Positions 15,840 to 25,045 of a stretch of 32,000 nucleotides of DNA are shown here, piece by piece. Below the pieces are notes generated by a model. That model saw only the letters and a program-made list of their open reading frames with translations, did no database searches and had not been told where the DNA came from. The position numbers and the translations under genes are program-made. The DNA is from Gemmata obscuriglobus. GTDB lineage: Bacteria; Planctomycetota; Planctomycetia; Gemmatales; Gemmataceae. Location of the stretch: positions 6,570,001-6,602,000 of the forward strand of contig NZ_CP042911.1 of assembly GCF_008065095.1 (NCBI RefSeq), in the 5' to 3' direction. Positions within the stretch are counted from its first letter, which is position 1; the number at the start of each line of letters is the position of its first letter.

Positions 15840-18330
15840 ACCCACAAGGCAGTTCGAGCCGGAAGCACGCTCCGGGCGCCCCGTCCGCCGGCCGGTACGC
15901 AACGGTCCCGCCGAGCACCTCCGCCCACTGTTTCGCCAGCGCCAGACCGAGCCCGGCGCCGCCCGCGGTCGTGTCCGCGGCCGCGCCGCGGCGGAACGGC
16001 TTGAAAATCGCCCTCCGTTCGCCCGCCGGGACGCCCGGCCCGCGGTCCTCGACTTCGAACGTGACACGGCCCGCCCCGCCCGCCTGCGCCCACAGCCAGA
16101 TCCGCTTGTCCGCCGCGTCCCGCGCGTACTTCCGCGCGTTGTCGATCAGGTTCCCGACGATCTGCTGCACCATCACCGGGTCGGTGCTGAGTTCCAGTTC
16201 CGGCGGCAGCGTGGAGACCACCACGAGTTCGCGCCCGTCGGCCGCGACCCGGTCGGCCCAGGTCTCCTTTAGTTGGTCGAGCAGTTCGGCGGCGCGCACC
16301 GGCTTCAGGTCGCCGTTCTTCCGGCGCTTTTCGAGCCGCGCGAAGTCCAGCACGTTATCGACCAGGCGGTGCAGCCGCTCCGATTCGACCGCCAGCGTGC
16401 GGAGGTACTCCTGCCGCTTCGCCTCGTCGTGAATCATCCCGCTCGTGAGCAGGTCGAGGTACAGTCGCAGCGACGTGAGCGGCGTGCGCAGCTCGTGCGT
16501 GACGGCCGACACGAACCGGATGCGCCGCTCCGCGAGGTCGATGAGCGACCACCCGCTCAGCCCGACCGCCGCGACGGCGACGAGCGCCGCCGCCCACGCC
16601 AGCGCCAGCCCGAGCCGCAGCGCGGTCCAGTCCCCGGGCGGAAGTTCGGGCTGCGGGCCGGGGTCGAGTTGAACCGGGAGCGCGGTCATCGCGCGCCCCG
16701 GCTGGACCCCGTCCGGGCTCTTCACCGGCACGAGCGTCGCGCCCGGGAACTGGTCCTTCACCTCGTCCTTGAGAAGTGCCCCGAGCCGGGGCCAGTCGAG
16801 GACCACCCCCTGATAGACGGTGCGGCCGTCGAGCTTGGCGACCCGCATCAGCACGAGCGTCTCGGTGCCGTCCGCCGCGGTGAGCCACTGCGGCCGCATC
16901 GAACCGAGGTGAATGTTGACGACCGGCGGCCCTACGAGCCAGTTTTGGGCCGCACCGTTCGTCAGCGCGTTGCCGAAACCGTTCGATTGACCCGGGCGCT
17001 CCTCGCCGACCGGGGCGGAAGCGCGCGGCCCGCAGCTCGCGCCGCCGGCGATGCTCCACGCCGCCGCGAGCAGCGGGTTCCGTGCCGCTTCCGCGCGGCA
17101 CCGCTCCTCGACCGCGTCCAGGCACCGGCGCCGCTCCAGTTCGATCCGGAGGGCCGCGAGCCGCTCGGTAATTGGGCCTCCGCCGGCCCGGTCGCCCAGT
17201 CGCTTCTGCAACGCGCCGGCGTCCTTGGCGAACTTGGCCTGGTCGAGTACCTCGCGGAGCTTGTCGAGTTCGGCTATCGCCTGACTGAGCGAAGTGCCCT
17301 TCTCGCTGTTTTCGTTGCCCACAGCCGGCGAAACGGGAACGTCACTATTCCGCACGTCGTTGTTCTGGAGCGCGCCCGGATAGTTCTTCCCGTACATCGG
17401 GTCGGCGCCCGCGCCCTTCGCTTCTTGAGTCGCCCGCTGAATGGTTTGCGCGCGGTTCCAGAAGTCGTCGCGCCCGCGGTCGTTGTCCGCAACGCGGGAA
17501 GCGCCTCTGGTGTTTGTCGCCTGCGGTCCTCCCGCGGCCGTTGCGCCCGGAGGTCCGGCCGGGGCCTGCGCGGCCGAAGGGGCGCCCTCGCGCGGCGCTG
17601 CCGACGGAAGGTTGTTGCCGCGGCCGGCCGCGGCCTGCGGCTCGCGCCGCGGCAGTTCCCACCCGAAAAAGCGGCGGGCGTCAGTGGCGTCTGGGGCGGC
17701 GGTCGTCGGGGTGCGTTCCGGTGGCGGGGGCGGCTTCGGGGCGGACGTCGGCGCGCCGGTCGCAACCGACGCCGCCGACCGCTGCCACGAATCGGTGGTG
17801 AACAGCGGGGCCGCAAACGGAAGCGAATCGACCGGAATCGCGCGGTCGCGCGCCGCCAGCAGCCCGCAGGTCGCGGCGGCGGGGTACTTCGCGCGGAGGT
17901 CGCTCAGCGCCAGCGCGCGGTCGGGGGAGTCGTTCCGGAGCGGGAGGTCGGGCCAGACCGAAGCGACCCGCTCGCGGGCGTCCGGGGGGAGCACCTGGGG
18001 CGAGTCCCACCCGGTCGCGGGGTCGAGCTGGACGTGCAACTTCATCCAGTCCGGGAGCTGCGCGCCGAGCAGCGGAGTCGGGCCGGCGGAACTGTAATGG
18101 TGGAACGGCCGGCCGTCCTCGCCGCCGAGTTGGAGCAGCACGCGGCCGTCGAGCTGCCAGAGCGCGACGCGGAGCTTGTTCTCGAGCTCGGCTTCGGCGG
18201 CGGCCGCGCGCTGGGCGGTCTCGACGCGCAGCGCGACCACCGTGAGCCAGCCGAGGCCGGCAAACACGAGCGCTGTGACCAAGACGAACATCATCGGCCC
18301 GCCCGCCGGGCCGAGCAACCGCCGTGACAT
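15838..18330 (-). CDS. Sensor histidine kinase with a very large uncharacterised sensor region
   Basis: ORF 15838..18330. TM1 MMFVLVTALVFAGLGWLTVVAL, TM2 LRLGLALAWAAALVAVAAVGLSGWSL, H-box FVSAVTHELRTPLTSL, N box GNLIDNARKY, G boxes VEDRGPGVP and GGAGLGLALAKQW. Confidence 0.9.
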   Translation of the reverse strand: MSRRLLGPAGGPMMFVLVTALVFAGLGWLTVVALRVETAQRAAAAEAELENKLRVALWQLDGRVLLQLGGEDGRPFHHYSSAGPTPLLGAQLPDWMKLHVQLDPATGWDSPQVLPPDARERVASVWPDLPLRNDSPDRALALSDLRAKYPAAATCGLLAARDRAIPVDSLPFAAPLFTTDSWQRSAASVATGAPTSAPKPPPPPERTPTTAAPDATDARRFFGWELPRREPQAAAGRGNNLPSAAPREGAPSAAQAPAGPPGATAAGGPQATNTRGASRVADNDRGRDDFWNRAQTIQRATQEAKGAGADPMYGKNYPGALQNNDVRNSDVPVSPAVGNENSEKGTSLSQAIAELDKLREVLDQAKFAKDAGALQKRLGDRAGGGPITERLAALRIELERRRCLDAVEERCRAEAARNPLLAAAWSIAGGASCGPRASAPVGEERPGQSNGFGNALTNGAAQNWLVGPPVVNIHLGSMRPQWLTAADGTETLVLMRVAKLDGRTVYQGVVLDWPRLGALLKDEVKDQFPGATLVPVKSPDGVQPGRAMTALPVQLDPGPQPELPPGDWTALRLGLALAWAAALVAVAAVGLSGWSLIDLAERRIRFVSAVTHELRTPLTSLRLYLDLLTSGMIHDEAKRQEYLRTLAVESERLHRLVDNVLDFARLEKRRKNGDLKPVRAAELLDQLKETWADRVAADGRELVVVSTLPPELELSTDPVMVQQIVGNLIDNARKYARDAADKRIWLWAQAGGAGRVTFEVEDRGPGVPAGERRAIFKPFRRGAAADTTAGGAGLGLALAKQWAEVLGGTVAYRPADGAPGACFRLELPCG

Positions 18331-18393
18331 AGGAACCCCGCCGAGCGCCGTCGCGTCGCGGAGCCTTGCCGCGCCCGCGACGTTACGACTTCA

Positions 18394-19134
18394 TCACCTC
18401 GCGACCTGTAGCTCGTCCGCGGGGACGAGCAGCGCGGGGCCGGCCATGTACCCGTGCGCCCGGACCGTGACGATCACCTCGGGCTGGTCGTCGCCCGTGG
18501 CGGGGTCCCGCAGCTTCGCCCGCAACCGGGCCACGTGCATGTCGACCGCCCGGGTCTCAAGGCCGGCGGTGCCGATGCCCCAGACGCGCGACAGCAGTTC
18601 CTCGCGCGACACGGCGCGCTCGCGGTTGCTCACCAGGTACTTCAGCAGCGCCGCCTCGGTCTCGGAGAGGTCGAGCCGGGTGCCGTCGGCCCACCGGACC
18701 TCGCGCCGCAGCAGGTCAATGATCCCGCTCCCGAGTTCCACGACGCGCACCTCGCGGACGGACCGCATGGTGCGCCGGAGGATCGCCTCCACGCGGGCGA
18801 TCAGCTCTTTCGCGGAGAACGGTTTTACGACATAATCGTCGGCACCCATTTTGAGCCCGCGAACGCGATCGTCCTCGCTGCCGCGGGCGGTGAGCAGGAC
18901 CACCGGGCGCGTCGGGTTGGTGCGGCGGAGTTCGCTCAGCACCTCCAGCCCGTCGCGCTTCGGCAGCATGATGTCCAGCAGCACCAGGTCAACGCCCGCG
19001 GCGCCGGCCTCGCGGAGCCCCGTCGCCCCGTCGGCGGCCTCGGTGACCTCGTACCCGCTGAGCCGCAGGGCGTCCGAAACCCCGCGGCGGATGGCCGGTT
19101 CGTCTTCCACCACCACGATGCGCGCTTTGGGCAT
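18394..19134 (-). CDS. OmpR/PhoB-family response regulator (receiver plus winged-helix DNA-binding domain)
   Basis: ORF 18394..19134. ..RIVVVEDEP.., phospho-acceptor context DLVLLDIMLP, ..LLTARG.., ..GADDYVVKPF... The C-terminal winged-helix ends with a long recognition region. Confidence 0.93.
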   Translation of the reverse strand: MPKARIVVVEDEPAIRRGVSDALRLSGYEVTEAADGATGLREAGAAGVDLVLLDIMLPKRDGLEVLSELRRTNPTRPVVLLTARGSEDDRVRGLKMGADDYVVKPFSAKELIARVEAILRRTMRSVREVRVVELGSGIIDLLRREVRWADGTRLDLSETEAALLKYLVSNRERAVSREELLSRVWGIGTAGLETRAVDMHVARLRAKLRDPATGDDQPEVIVTVRAHGYMAGPALLVPADELQVAR

Positions 19135-19249
19135 GACCCGAGTCCCCCGGAAGAGGCAGAAACCGCGGCCTGAATGTGAGACGAGGATCGCGCCCGTTCG
19201 TTGACGCGATTTCGTCTTTTCGGTCGGCGGCTCGGCCCAGCGGGGCGGC

Positions 19250-19969
19250 TCACTTCTTCGGCGGTGCCGCCGAGAGTACGACGTCGAACACGCCCGTTTC
19301 GATTGTGCCGCCGCCCACTTTCGCCGGCTCGAGGGTGATAATCAGCGACGCCTTGATGAACTCGTCGGCCGCGTTGCGCGGGTCGCCTTTGAAATACAGT
19401 TGGGTGACGAGGTTCGTGTACCCGGTTTTGCGCACGAGGTAGTGGATGTGCGCCGGGCGCCAGGTGTCGGGACCGGTTTTGTAGGCGCCGGGGTGGACCG
19501 TCTCGAACTCGTAATACCCGGTTTCGTCGGTGAGCACGCGGGTCCGGTTCACGTACACGCCCTTCGCGGGCGGGTTCCGCGGGTCGTCGTTGTCGTACCG
19601 CCCGTCGGCGTCGGCCTGCCAGATGTCGAGCACCGCGCCCGCCAGCGGCTTCTTGGTGTCGAAGCCCCACACCCGCCCGCGGATCAGCATCGGTACGCCC
19701 TTCGCGAGCGGCGGGGTCACTTTTGCACGGTACGGGGCGCCCTCGCGAAAGTACGGCCCGAGGATGTTGTCCTCGGTGGGCTTCGCGGTTCCGGGCAGCG
19801 CCGCCGGCGGCACGAACGGCAGCGGGGCGTCGGCGAGAGCCTGGAACTCGGGATAGTGTTTGAGCGTGCCGCTCGGCAGCGTGGGCAGCGCGTCGGCCCG
19901 TAGGGTCAGCGCCGAAGCGCCGGCCGCGGCCAGACCACCGACAAACAGCTCGCGACGGGAAATCGACAT
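19250..19969 (-). CDS. Tat-exported intradiol ring-cleavage dioxygenase-like protein
   Basis: Internal ATG 19969 of ORF 19250..20143 (SD GGAGAGGG upstream). Twin-arginine signal MSISRRELFVGGLAAAGASA. Core ..ILGPYFREGAP..MLIRGRVWG...KPLAGAVLDIWQADADGRYD.....GYYEFETVHPGAY......RPAHIHY.. is typical of the protocatechuate-dioxygenase-like fold. Confidence 0.85.
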   Translation of the reverse strand: MSISRRELFVGGLAAAGASALTLRADALPTLPSGTLKHYPEFQALADAPLPFVPPAALPGTAKPTEDNILGPYFREGAPYRAKVTPPLAKGVPMLIRGRVWGFDTKKPLAGAVLDIWQADADGRYDNDDPRNPPAKGVYVNRTRVLTDETGYYEFETVHPGAYKTGPDTWRPAHIHYLVRKTGYTNLVTQLYFKGDPRNAADEFIKASLIITLEPAKVGGGTIETGVFDVVLSAAPPKK

Positions 19970-20228
19970 TCGGAAGCCCTCTCCGGCGGGTGCGGGACGA
20001 ACCAAACGACAGTGTGCCGTCCGACTTCTATTCCCGCAAGCGGGGCGAATTGATCCCGGGGACCGCCGGCGGCTTGCGCTGCGCTCGCCGCCCCTCGGAA
20101 GTCCCAAAATCCGGTTACGGGAAATGGGACAGGGCGGGCGCAACGAACGTCGTCCGTCGCGCCCGCCCCGTTAAAACGCTGTCCCCGGCGCGTGCGGTAC
20201 GACACCGCGACGGCTTGAGACCGTTGGC

Positions 20229-20723
20229 TCACGTGCGACTCAACGAACCGACGGACGGTTCGACCGGAGCCGGCACTGGAGCACCGACCTCGGTCCGCTC
20301 GCCCGGACCGAACCACGCCCGCTTGAGTGCGTCGACGCTCGCGGTCAGGTGCCCGACGGAGCGCTCCAGTTCCGCACCCGGGGCGACCGGATCGAGCCGG
20401 CGGGCGCTCCGCGAAACCGTGAGCAGCAGGCAGTCCAGCACGTGTGCCGTGACCAGTTTGGGGCCCAAATCGCGCAGGGCGGCCGGCCAGTTTCGCAGCC
20501 GCACGCGACCGGGCGCGGAGCGGAGCAAGTGGCCGATGGCGAGGAACACGTCCGGCGTGAGACCGGTCAGCCGTTCGCAGTCCAGGGTGACGCGCGCGCC
20601 CGGGTGCTCGCACAGCCGGCGCTGGACGGCGGCGGCCACCGCGGACCACTCCGGAAGGTCGACAAAGTCCGACAGCGCGAACACGGCGCCGCTGTCTCTC
20701 GGTTCGGTTGGGGCCACGCGCAC
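20229..20723 (-). CDS. Hypothetical protein with STAS-like (anti-sigma-factor-antagonist-like) N-terminal half
   Basis: ORF 20229..20723 (GTG start). It is the only frame here with high GC3 and a non-degenerate composition. ..AVFALSDFVDLPEWSAVAAAVQRRLCEHPGARVTLDCERLTGLTPDVFLAIGHLLRSAPGRVRLRNWPAALRDL.. follows STAS logic. The domain call is tentative. Confidence 0.45.
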   Translation of the reverse strand: MRVAPTEPRDSGAVFALSDFVDLPEWSAVAAAVQRRLCEHPGARVTLDCERLTGLTPDVFLAIGHLLRSAPGRVRLRNWPAALRDLGPKLVTAHVLDCLLLTVSRSARRLDPVAPGAELERSVGHLTASVDALKRAWFGPGERTEVGAPVPAPVEPSVGSLSRT

Positions 20724-21046
20724 GTTCTCTTGGGGGAAGCGACGGCAGCGGTCGCTGTTGGGACGTGCTCAGAAGATCGATGGGCGCGCGATCGTTTACA
20801 CGCGGTGATACCCAGAGCCGCACGGCGGTTCCGGAGCACTTGACACGGCACCGCCACTAGCCAAACCTGGGGACACCACCAAGCCCCATCGCACAAAATG
20901 GGCCACTGCCATCAGCCGAAATGCGGAGAGCACGGCCCCACCGATACATGAGCCCGCCGCGGGTGTCGCTTTCCGACGAGCCGCGACCGCCGGTCACGTG
21001 TGCGAGAACGGGCGGCTTTTGCAGCACGTGCGGGGCGCACGCTTCT

Positions 21047-21134
21047 GAAGACAATTTTTGACAGGATCGACAGGATGAAGACCGATCGATTTTAAATCCT
21101 GTTCATCCTGTCGATCCTGTCAAAAATTGTCTTC
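21047..21134. repeat. AT-rich perfect 33-bp inverted repeat built from 9-bp-phased ACAGGAT units
   Basis: GAAGACAATTTTTGACAGGATCGACAGGATGAA (21047-21079) is the exact reverse complement of 21102-21134, with a 22-nt loop GACCGATCGATTTTAAATCCTG. The right arm and adjoining loop read ATCCTGTtcATCCTGTcgATCCTGT. Confidence 0.9.
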
Positions 21135-21571
21135 GCATCCCCGCCGCGCGTTCGTGCCCCGCTCCCGGGCGTTCGCAGTTCGTCAAAAAACGCGACACCC
21201 GCAGCGGGCACGTGCATGTATGCGCCCCGACGGGAGCGTGAACGCCGTCGTCGGTCAGGGACCGGGAGGGCACAAGACCTCACGAAAACACACTAACATA
21301 CTGCTGATTTTTGGCGCATGAGCTCGCGAGAATGCACCACCGGACCGTTTATGGTTTCCGGTTCATCGGCGGTGCGTGCCCCCGCCGCTAGCGCAGATGT
21401 GAAGCCGGCGACAGACTCATCGATTTTACAGAACCGATCGGGTAAGATCGTCGCCACCGCAGTCTTGCGATCCCCGTTCATTGCGCACCCGCGCGGCCGA
21501 ACGGCTTCAGATCGAGCGGACTCGGGCCGTCGAACTCGCCTGGCAACTGGTCCGCGAGAGCCGGTGCAACT

Positions 21572-24163
21572 ATGGTCGGATCACCACACCCGCGCCGCCG
21601 GTCCATCGGCCCGTTCGTTCGGTTCGCCTTTGGGGTCGCGTTTTCGTTGGTAGGTTCCCCGCACGTCCGCGGGGCCGATCTCGGTGAAGCGGAGAAGCTG
21701 TTCCGCACCGGCAAATACGCCGAATGTCAGAAACTAGCCGCTGGCGAAATCGCAAAGGGAGCCGACGCAGCGTCGTGGTGGGTGCTCAAAGTCCGGGCCG
21801 AAACCGCACGCGGAGAGTACACGGCGGCCGGCAAGACGATTGAAGACGCTCGGACGCGGTTCCCGGACGACCTCGTCCTTCACCTCCTGGCCCACGAAGT
21901 CTACCGCACAAGCGGAAGGGAGAAAGAAGCCGCCGCGACCCTGGCTGCCGTCCAGCGGCAGATCGATAACCGCGCCGCGAGTACGCCGGCCGAACGGGTC
22001 GCGCTCGGGCGTTACCTCCTGTCCACAGGGGCGGACGCGAAAGAGGTGCTCGACCGGTACTTCAACCCGGTCGTGAAGAACACGCCCGCCTACCTCGACG
22101 CGCACCTCGCCGTGGCCGAACTGGCGCTGACGAAACATGACCGGGCGCTCGCGGCCGAAACGCTTCAGAAAGCCCCGAAGGAGGCCGCCGGTCAAGATCC
22201 CCGGTACCATCACCTTTTGGCCCGCGCGTTCGCCGAGGACGATCGGGCGCGGGCGACGAAAGCCATTGCGGAAGCGCTCGCGATCAACCCCCATCACGCG
22301 GACAGCCTCCTCTTCCGGGCAGACCACCTGATCGACGCCGAAGATTTCGCCGGCGCGGAGGACGTGCTGAAAGCCGTCCTGGCCACAGACCCCGGCGAGC
22401 CGCGGGCGTGGGCGTACCGAGCCGCTGTCGCTCACCTCCGCGAGGACGCCGCCGGGGAAAAAGCCGCGCGCGAGAAGGCCCTCGCGCGCTGGCCCGGGAA
22501 CCCGCACGTGGAGCACCTCATCGGGCGGAAGCTGTCCCAGGACTACCGCTTCAAAGAGGGCGCGGCCTACCAGCGGAAGGCGCTGGAGAAGGACAAGCAG
22601 TACCTGCCGGCCAAGGCGCAACTGTGCCTCGACCTGCTCCGGCTCGGCGACGAAACGGAGGGTTGGAAGCTGGCGGCCGAGGTGTTCGCGGCCGACGGCT
22701 ACAACGTGGTCGCACACAACCTTGTCGCCCTTCGGGACCAGCTCTCGAAGTTCCGCACTATCACCGCCGACGGGTTCGTCCTGCGGATGGAGGAGAAAGA
22801 AGCCGACCTGTACGGCCGGCAGGCGCTGGCGGTGCTCCAGCGGGCCAAAAAGGTGTTGTGCGAGAAGTACGGCGTCCGCCTCGACAAGACGATCACGGTC
22901 GAGATCTTCCCGCGCGGCCAGGACTTCGCGGTGCGCACGTTCGGTATGCCGGGATCGGAGGGCGTTCTGGGCGTCTGCTTCGGGCCGGTCATCACCGTAA
23001 ACGGCCCGGCCGCACAGGGGCAATCTCCGTCGAGCTGGGAGGCGATTGTGTGGCACGAGTTTTGCCACACGGTTACTCTCCACAAGACCCGCAACAAGAT
23101 GCCCCGCTGGCTCAGCGAGGGAATTTCCGTTTACGAGGAGTCGCTCGAGAACCCCGGGTGGGGCCGCTGGATGACCCCGAGGTATCGCGAAATGACCTTG
23201 GGCGATGACCTGATCCCCCTCAGCCGGTTGAGTTCCGCGTTCCTGAGCCCGAAAAGCGCGCTCCACGTTCAGTTCGCCTACTTCGAGTCGGCGTTGGCCG
23301 TCGAGTTCCTCGTGAGCCGGTACGGGTTCGATGCCCTCAAGACGGCGCTGGACGATCTGGGAGCAGGGCTGTCTGTAAATGAGGCACTCGAACGGCGGAC
23401 CGGCCGACCGCTCGCCAAGCTCGACAGCGAGTTCACCGACTTCGCCCGGGCGCGGGCCAAATCAGTGGCCCCCGACGCGACCTGGGAAGAGCCCGACCTG
23501 AAAGACGAGGCGGATTCGGCCGCGGTGCGGGTCTGGCTTCAGAAGCACCCGCAGAGCTTTTGGGGGCGGCAGCGGCTGTGCCGGGGACTGGTGCGGGAGC
23601 AGAAATGGGCGGAGGCCGAGAAGGAGTTGAACGCCCTTCGCACGCTTTACCCGGAGTACGCCGGACCGAACAACGCTTACGAGCTGCTCGCCGTGCTGTA
23701 CCGGCAAACCGCGCGACCGAAGGAGGAAGGGGCCGCGCTCGAGGAGTGGGCCAAACGGGACGGTGACGCGACCGCCGCACACCAGCGGTTGACGGAACTG
23801 GGTGCCGCCGGGGGCGACTGGACGGCCGCCGCCCGAAACGCCCGCCGCTGGCTGGCCGTCAACCCGCTCACGCCCACCCCGCACCGGGCACTGGCCCAGG
23901 CCGCCGAGCACCTGAACGAGCGTAACGAGGCCACGACGGCTTACCGCGCCGTGCTCCGGTTCGGCGTTCCGGACGCCGCAAGCGTGCGATACCGCCTCGC
24001 GGTGCTTCTGGAACAGAGCGGCGAGCGCGACGCGGCCCGGCGCGAGGTGCTGAAGGCGCTCGAAGAGGCCCCGCGGTTCCGCGAAGCGCACGAACTGCTG
24101 TTGAAGCTGGTCGCTGCCGCCGAGAAGTCCCCTGCCCCGCCCCGACCGGAGAAGAACCCGTGA
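21572..24163 (+). CDS. TPR-repeat protein with embedded MA-clan (gluzincin, Peptidase_MA_2-like) zinc metallopeptidase domain
   Basis: ORF 21572..24163. Signal-like N-terminus, TPR-like helical repeats on both sides, and the central motif VWHEFCHTVTLHKTRNKMPRWLSEGISVYEE (HExxH plus a downstream Glu ligand). Confidence 0.85.
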   Translation: MVGSPHPRRRSIGPFVRFAFGVAFSLVGSPHVRGADLGEAEKLFRTGKYAECQKLAAGEIAKGADAASWWVLKVRAETARGEYTAAGKTIEDARTRFPDDLVLHLLAHEVYRTSGREKEAAATLAAVQRQIDNRAASTPAERVALGRYLLSTGADAKEVLDRYFNPVVKNTPAYLDAHLAVAELALTKHDRALAAETLQKAPKEAAGQDPRYHHLLARAFAEDDRARATKAIAEALAINPHHADSLLFRADHLIDAEDFAGAEDVLKAVLATDPGEPRAWAYRAAVAHLREDAAGEKAAREKALARWPGNPHVEHLIGRKLSQDYRFKEGAAYQRKALEKDKQYLPAKAQLCLDLLRLGDETEGWKLAAEVFAADGYNVVAHNLVALRDQLSKFRTITADGFVLRMEEKEADLYGRQALAVLQRAKKVLCEKYGVRLDKTITVEIFPRGQDFAVRTFGMPGSEGVLGVCFGPVITVNGPAAQGQSPSSWEAIVWHEFCHTVTLHKTRNKMPRWLSEGISVYEESLENPGWGRWMTPRYREMTLGDDLIPLSRLSSAFLSPKSALHVQFAYFESALAVEFLVSRYGFDALKTALDDLGAGLSVNEALERRTGRPLAKLDSEFTDFARARAKSVAPDATWEEPDLKDEADSAAVRVWLQKHPQSFWGRQRLCRGLVREQKWAEAEKELNALRTLYPEYAGPNNAYELLAVLYRQTARPKEEGAALEEWAKRDGDATAAHQRLTELGAAGGDWTAAARNARRWLAVNPLTPTPHRALAQAAEHLNERNEATTAYRAVLRFGVPDAASVRYRLAVLLEQSGERDAARREVLKALEEAPRFREAHELLLKLVAAAEKSPAPPRPEKNP

Positions 24164-25014
24164 CCCGAACGCGTCGGTTCGTTGTGGCGGCGGTGGTCTT
24201 CGCGTCCGTGGCCGGCGGGCTCGTTTCCGCGGCGCGCCAGCCCCGGTACCGTGCGCAGAGCGAGCTGCCCGCGAACCGGGCCGGCGTGCCCGACTGGAAA
24301 GTGGACCCGAACTTCAAGAACGACGTGTTCACGTTCGTGCGGATCGAGTACGACTCGCTCCGCCGCGGGTTCGGGCGCGGCGGCGGGGGCGGGTGGCGGA
24401 CCGACTGGCCCGACGCCGAACTCAACCTGTCGTTCCGCCTCCAGCAACTGACCTCGCTGCGCGTGAACCCGAACCCGATCGTTCTGCGCCTCACCGACCC
24501 GCGCCTGTTCGACCACCCGTTCATTTACATCGTCGAGCCCGGGGGGCTGGTCTTCTCGGAGGACGAGGTCCTCGCGCTGCGGAAGTACCTGACCAACGGC
24601 GGCTTCCTGATGGTCGACGACTTCTGGGGCGACGCCCAGTGGGAGAACTTCCTCCGCGAGATCAAGCGGGTGTTCCCCGACCGCGAGCCCCAGGAGCTGC
24701 CGGCGGACCACGAGATCTTCCGGTGCGTGTACCACCTGAAGGAGAAGCCGCAGATCCCGAGCATCGGCGCGGCCTACGCCGGCAAGGCCGAGGGCATCAC
24801 CTGGGAGCGCGGGCACGGCGGGAACACGCAAACGGTCCACTACAAGGGGCTCTTCGACGACAAGGGGCGGATGATGGCGTTCATCGGCCACAACACCGAC
24901 CTCGGCGACGGGTGGGAGCGCGAGGGCGAGGACCCGTGGTACTTCCGCGAGTTCTCCGAGAAGAAGGCGTACCCGCTCGGCATCAACGTCATCGTGTACG
25001 CGATGACCCACTGA
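24160..25014 (+). CDS. DUF4159 domain-containing protein
   Basis: ORF 24160..25014. GTG start overlaps the upstream stop (GTGA). N-terminal TM; ..WRTDWPDAELNLSFRLQQLTSL......LFDHPFIYIVEPGGLVFSEDEVLALRKYLTNGGFLMVDDFWG.. is the DUF4159 signature as I remember it. Confidence 0.88.
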   Translation: MTRTRRFVVAAVVFASVAGGLVSAARQPRYRAQSELPANRAGVPDWKVDPNFKNDVFTFVRIEYDSLRRGFGRGGGGGWRTDWPDAELNLSFRLQQLTSLRVNPNPIVLRLTDPRLFDHPFIYIVEPGGLVFSEDEVLALRKYLTNGGFLMVDDFWGDAQWENFLREIKRVFPDREPQELPADHEIFRCVYHLKEKPQIPSIGAAYAGKAEGITWERGHGGNTQTVHYKGLFDDKGRMMAFIGHNTDLGDGWEREGEDPWYFREFSEKKAYPLGINVIVYAMTH

Positions 25015-25045
25015 TGCCGGCTCGGTTGGAGTGGATTGCTGTTGT

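Noticed and set aside
16273-18327. 684-aa plus-strand ORF and several 100-260-aa ORFs inside the kinase gene
   Set aside because: They are antisense or off-frame shadows of the histidine kinase, which carries unambiguous H, N and G boxes.
19165-19215. Imperfect hairpin GACGAGGATCGCG..CGCGATTTCGTC followed by TTTT on the plus strand, between the dioxygenase-like and response-regulator genes
   Set aside because: The T-tract is on the strand opposite to both flanking genes, and the stem needs a bulge and wobble pairs. Not convincing as a terminator for the minus-strand genes.
19906-20843. Alternative ORFs 19906..20823 (-), 19990..20808 (+) and 20349..20843 (+) around the STAS-like gene
   Set aside because: They have the Arg/Ser/Pro-rich composition of wrong frames. 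Only 20229..20723 (-) shows coding-like composition and third-position bias.
21293-21481. 62-aa minus ORF (MNGDRKTAVATILPDRFCKIDES..) and other 60-80-aa ORFs in the spacer 20724-21571
   Set aside because: Mixed third-position composition, no SD, and no recognisable motif. Several of them merely read through the palindrome. Left uncalled.
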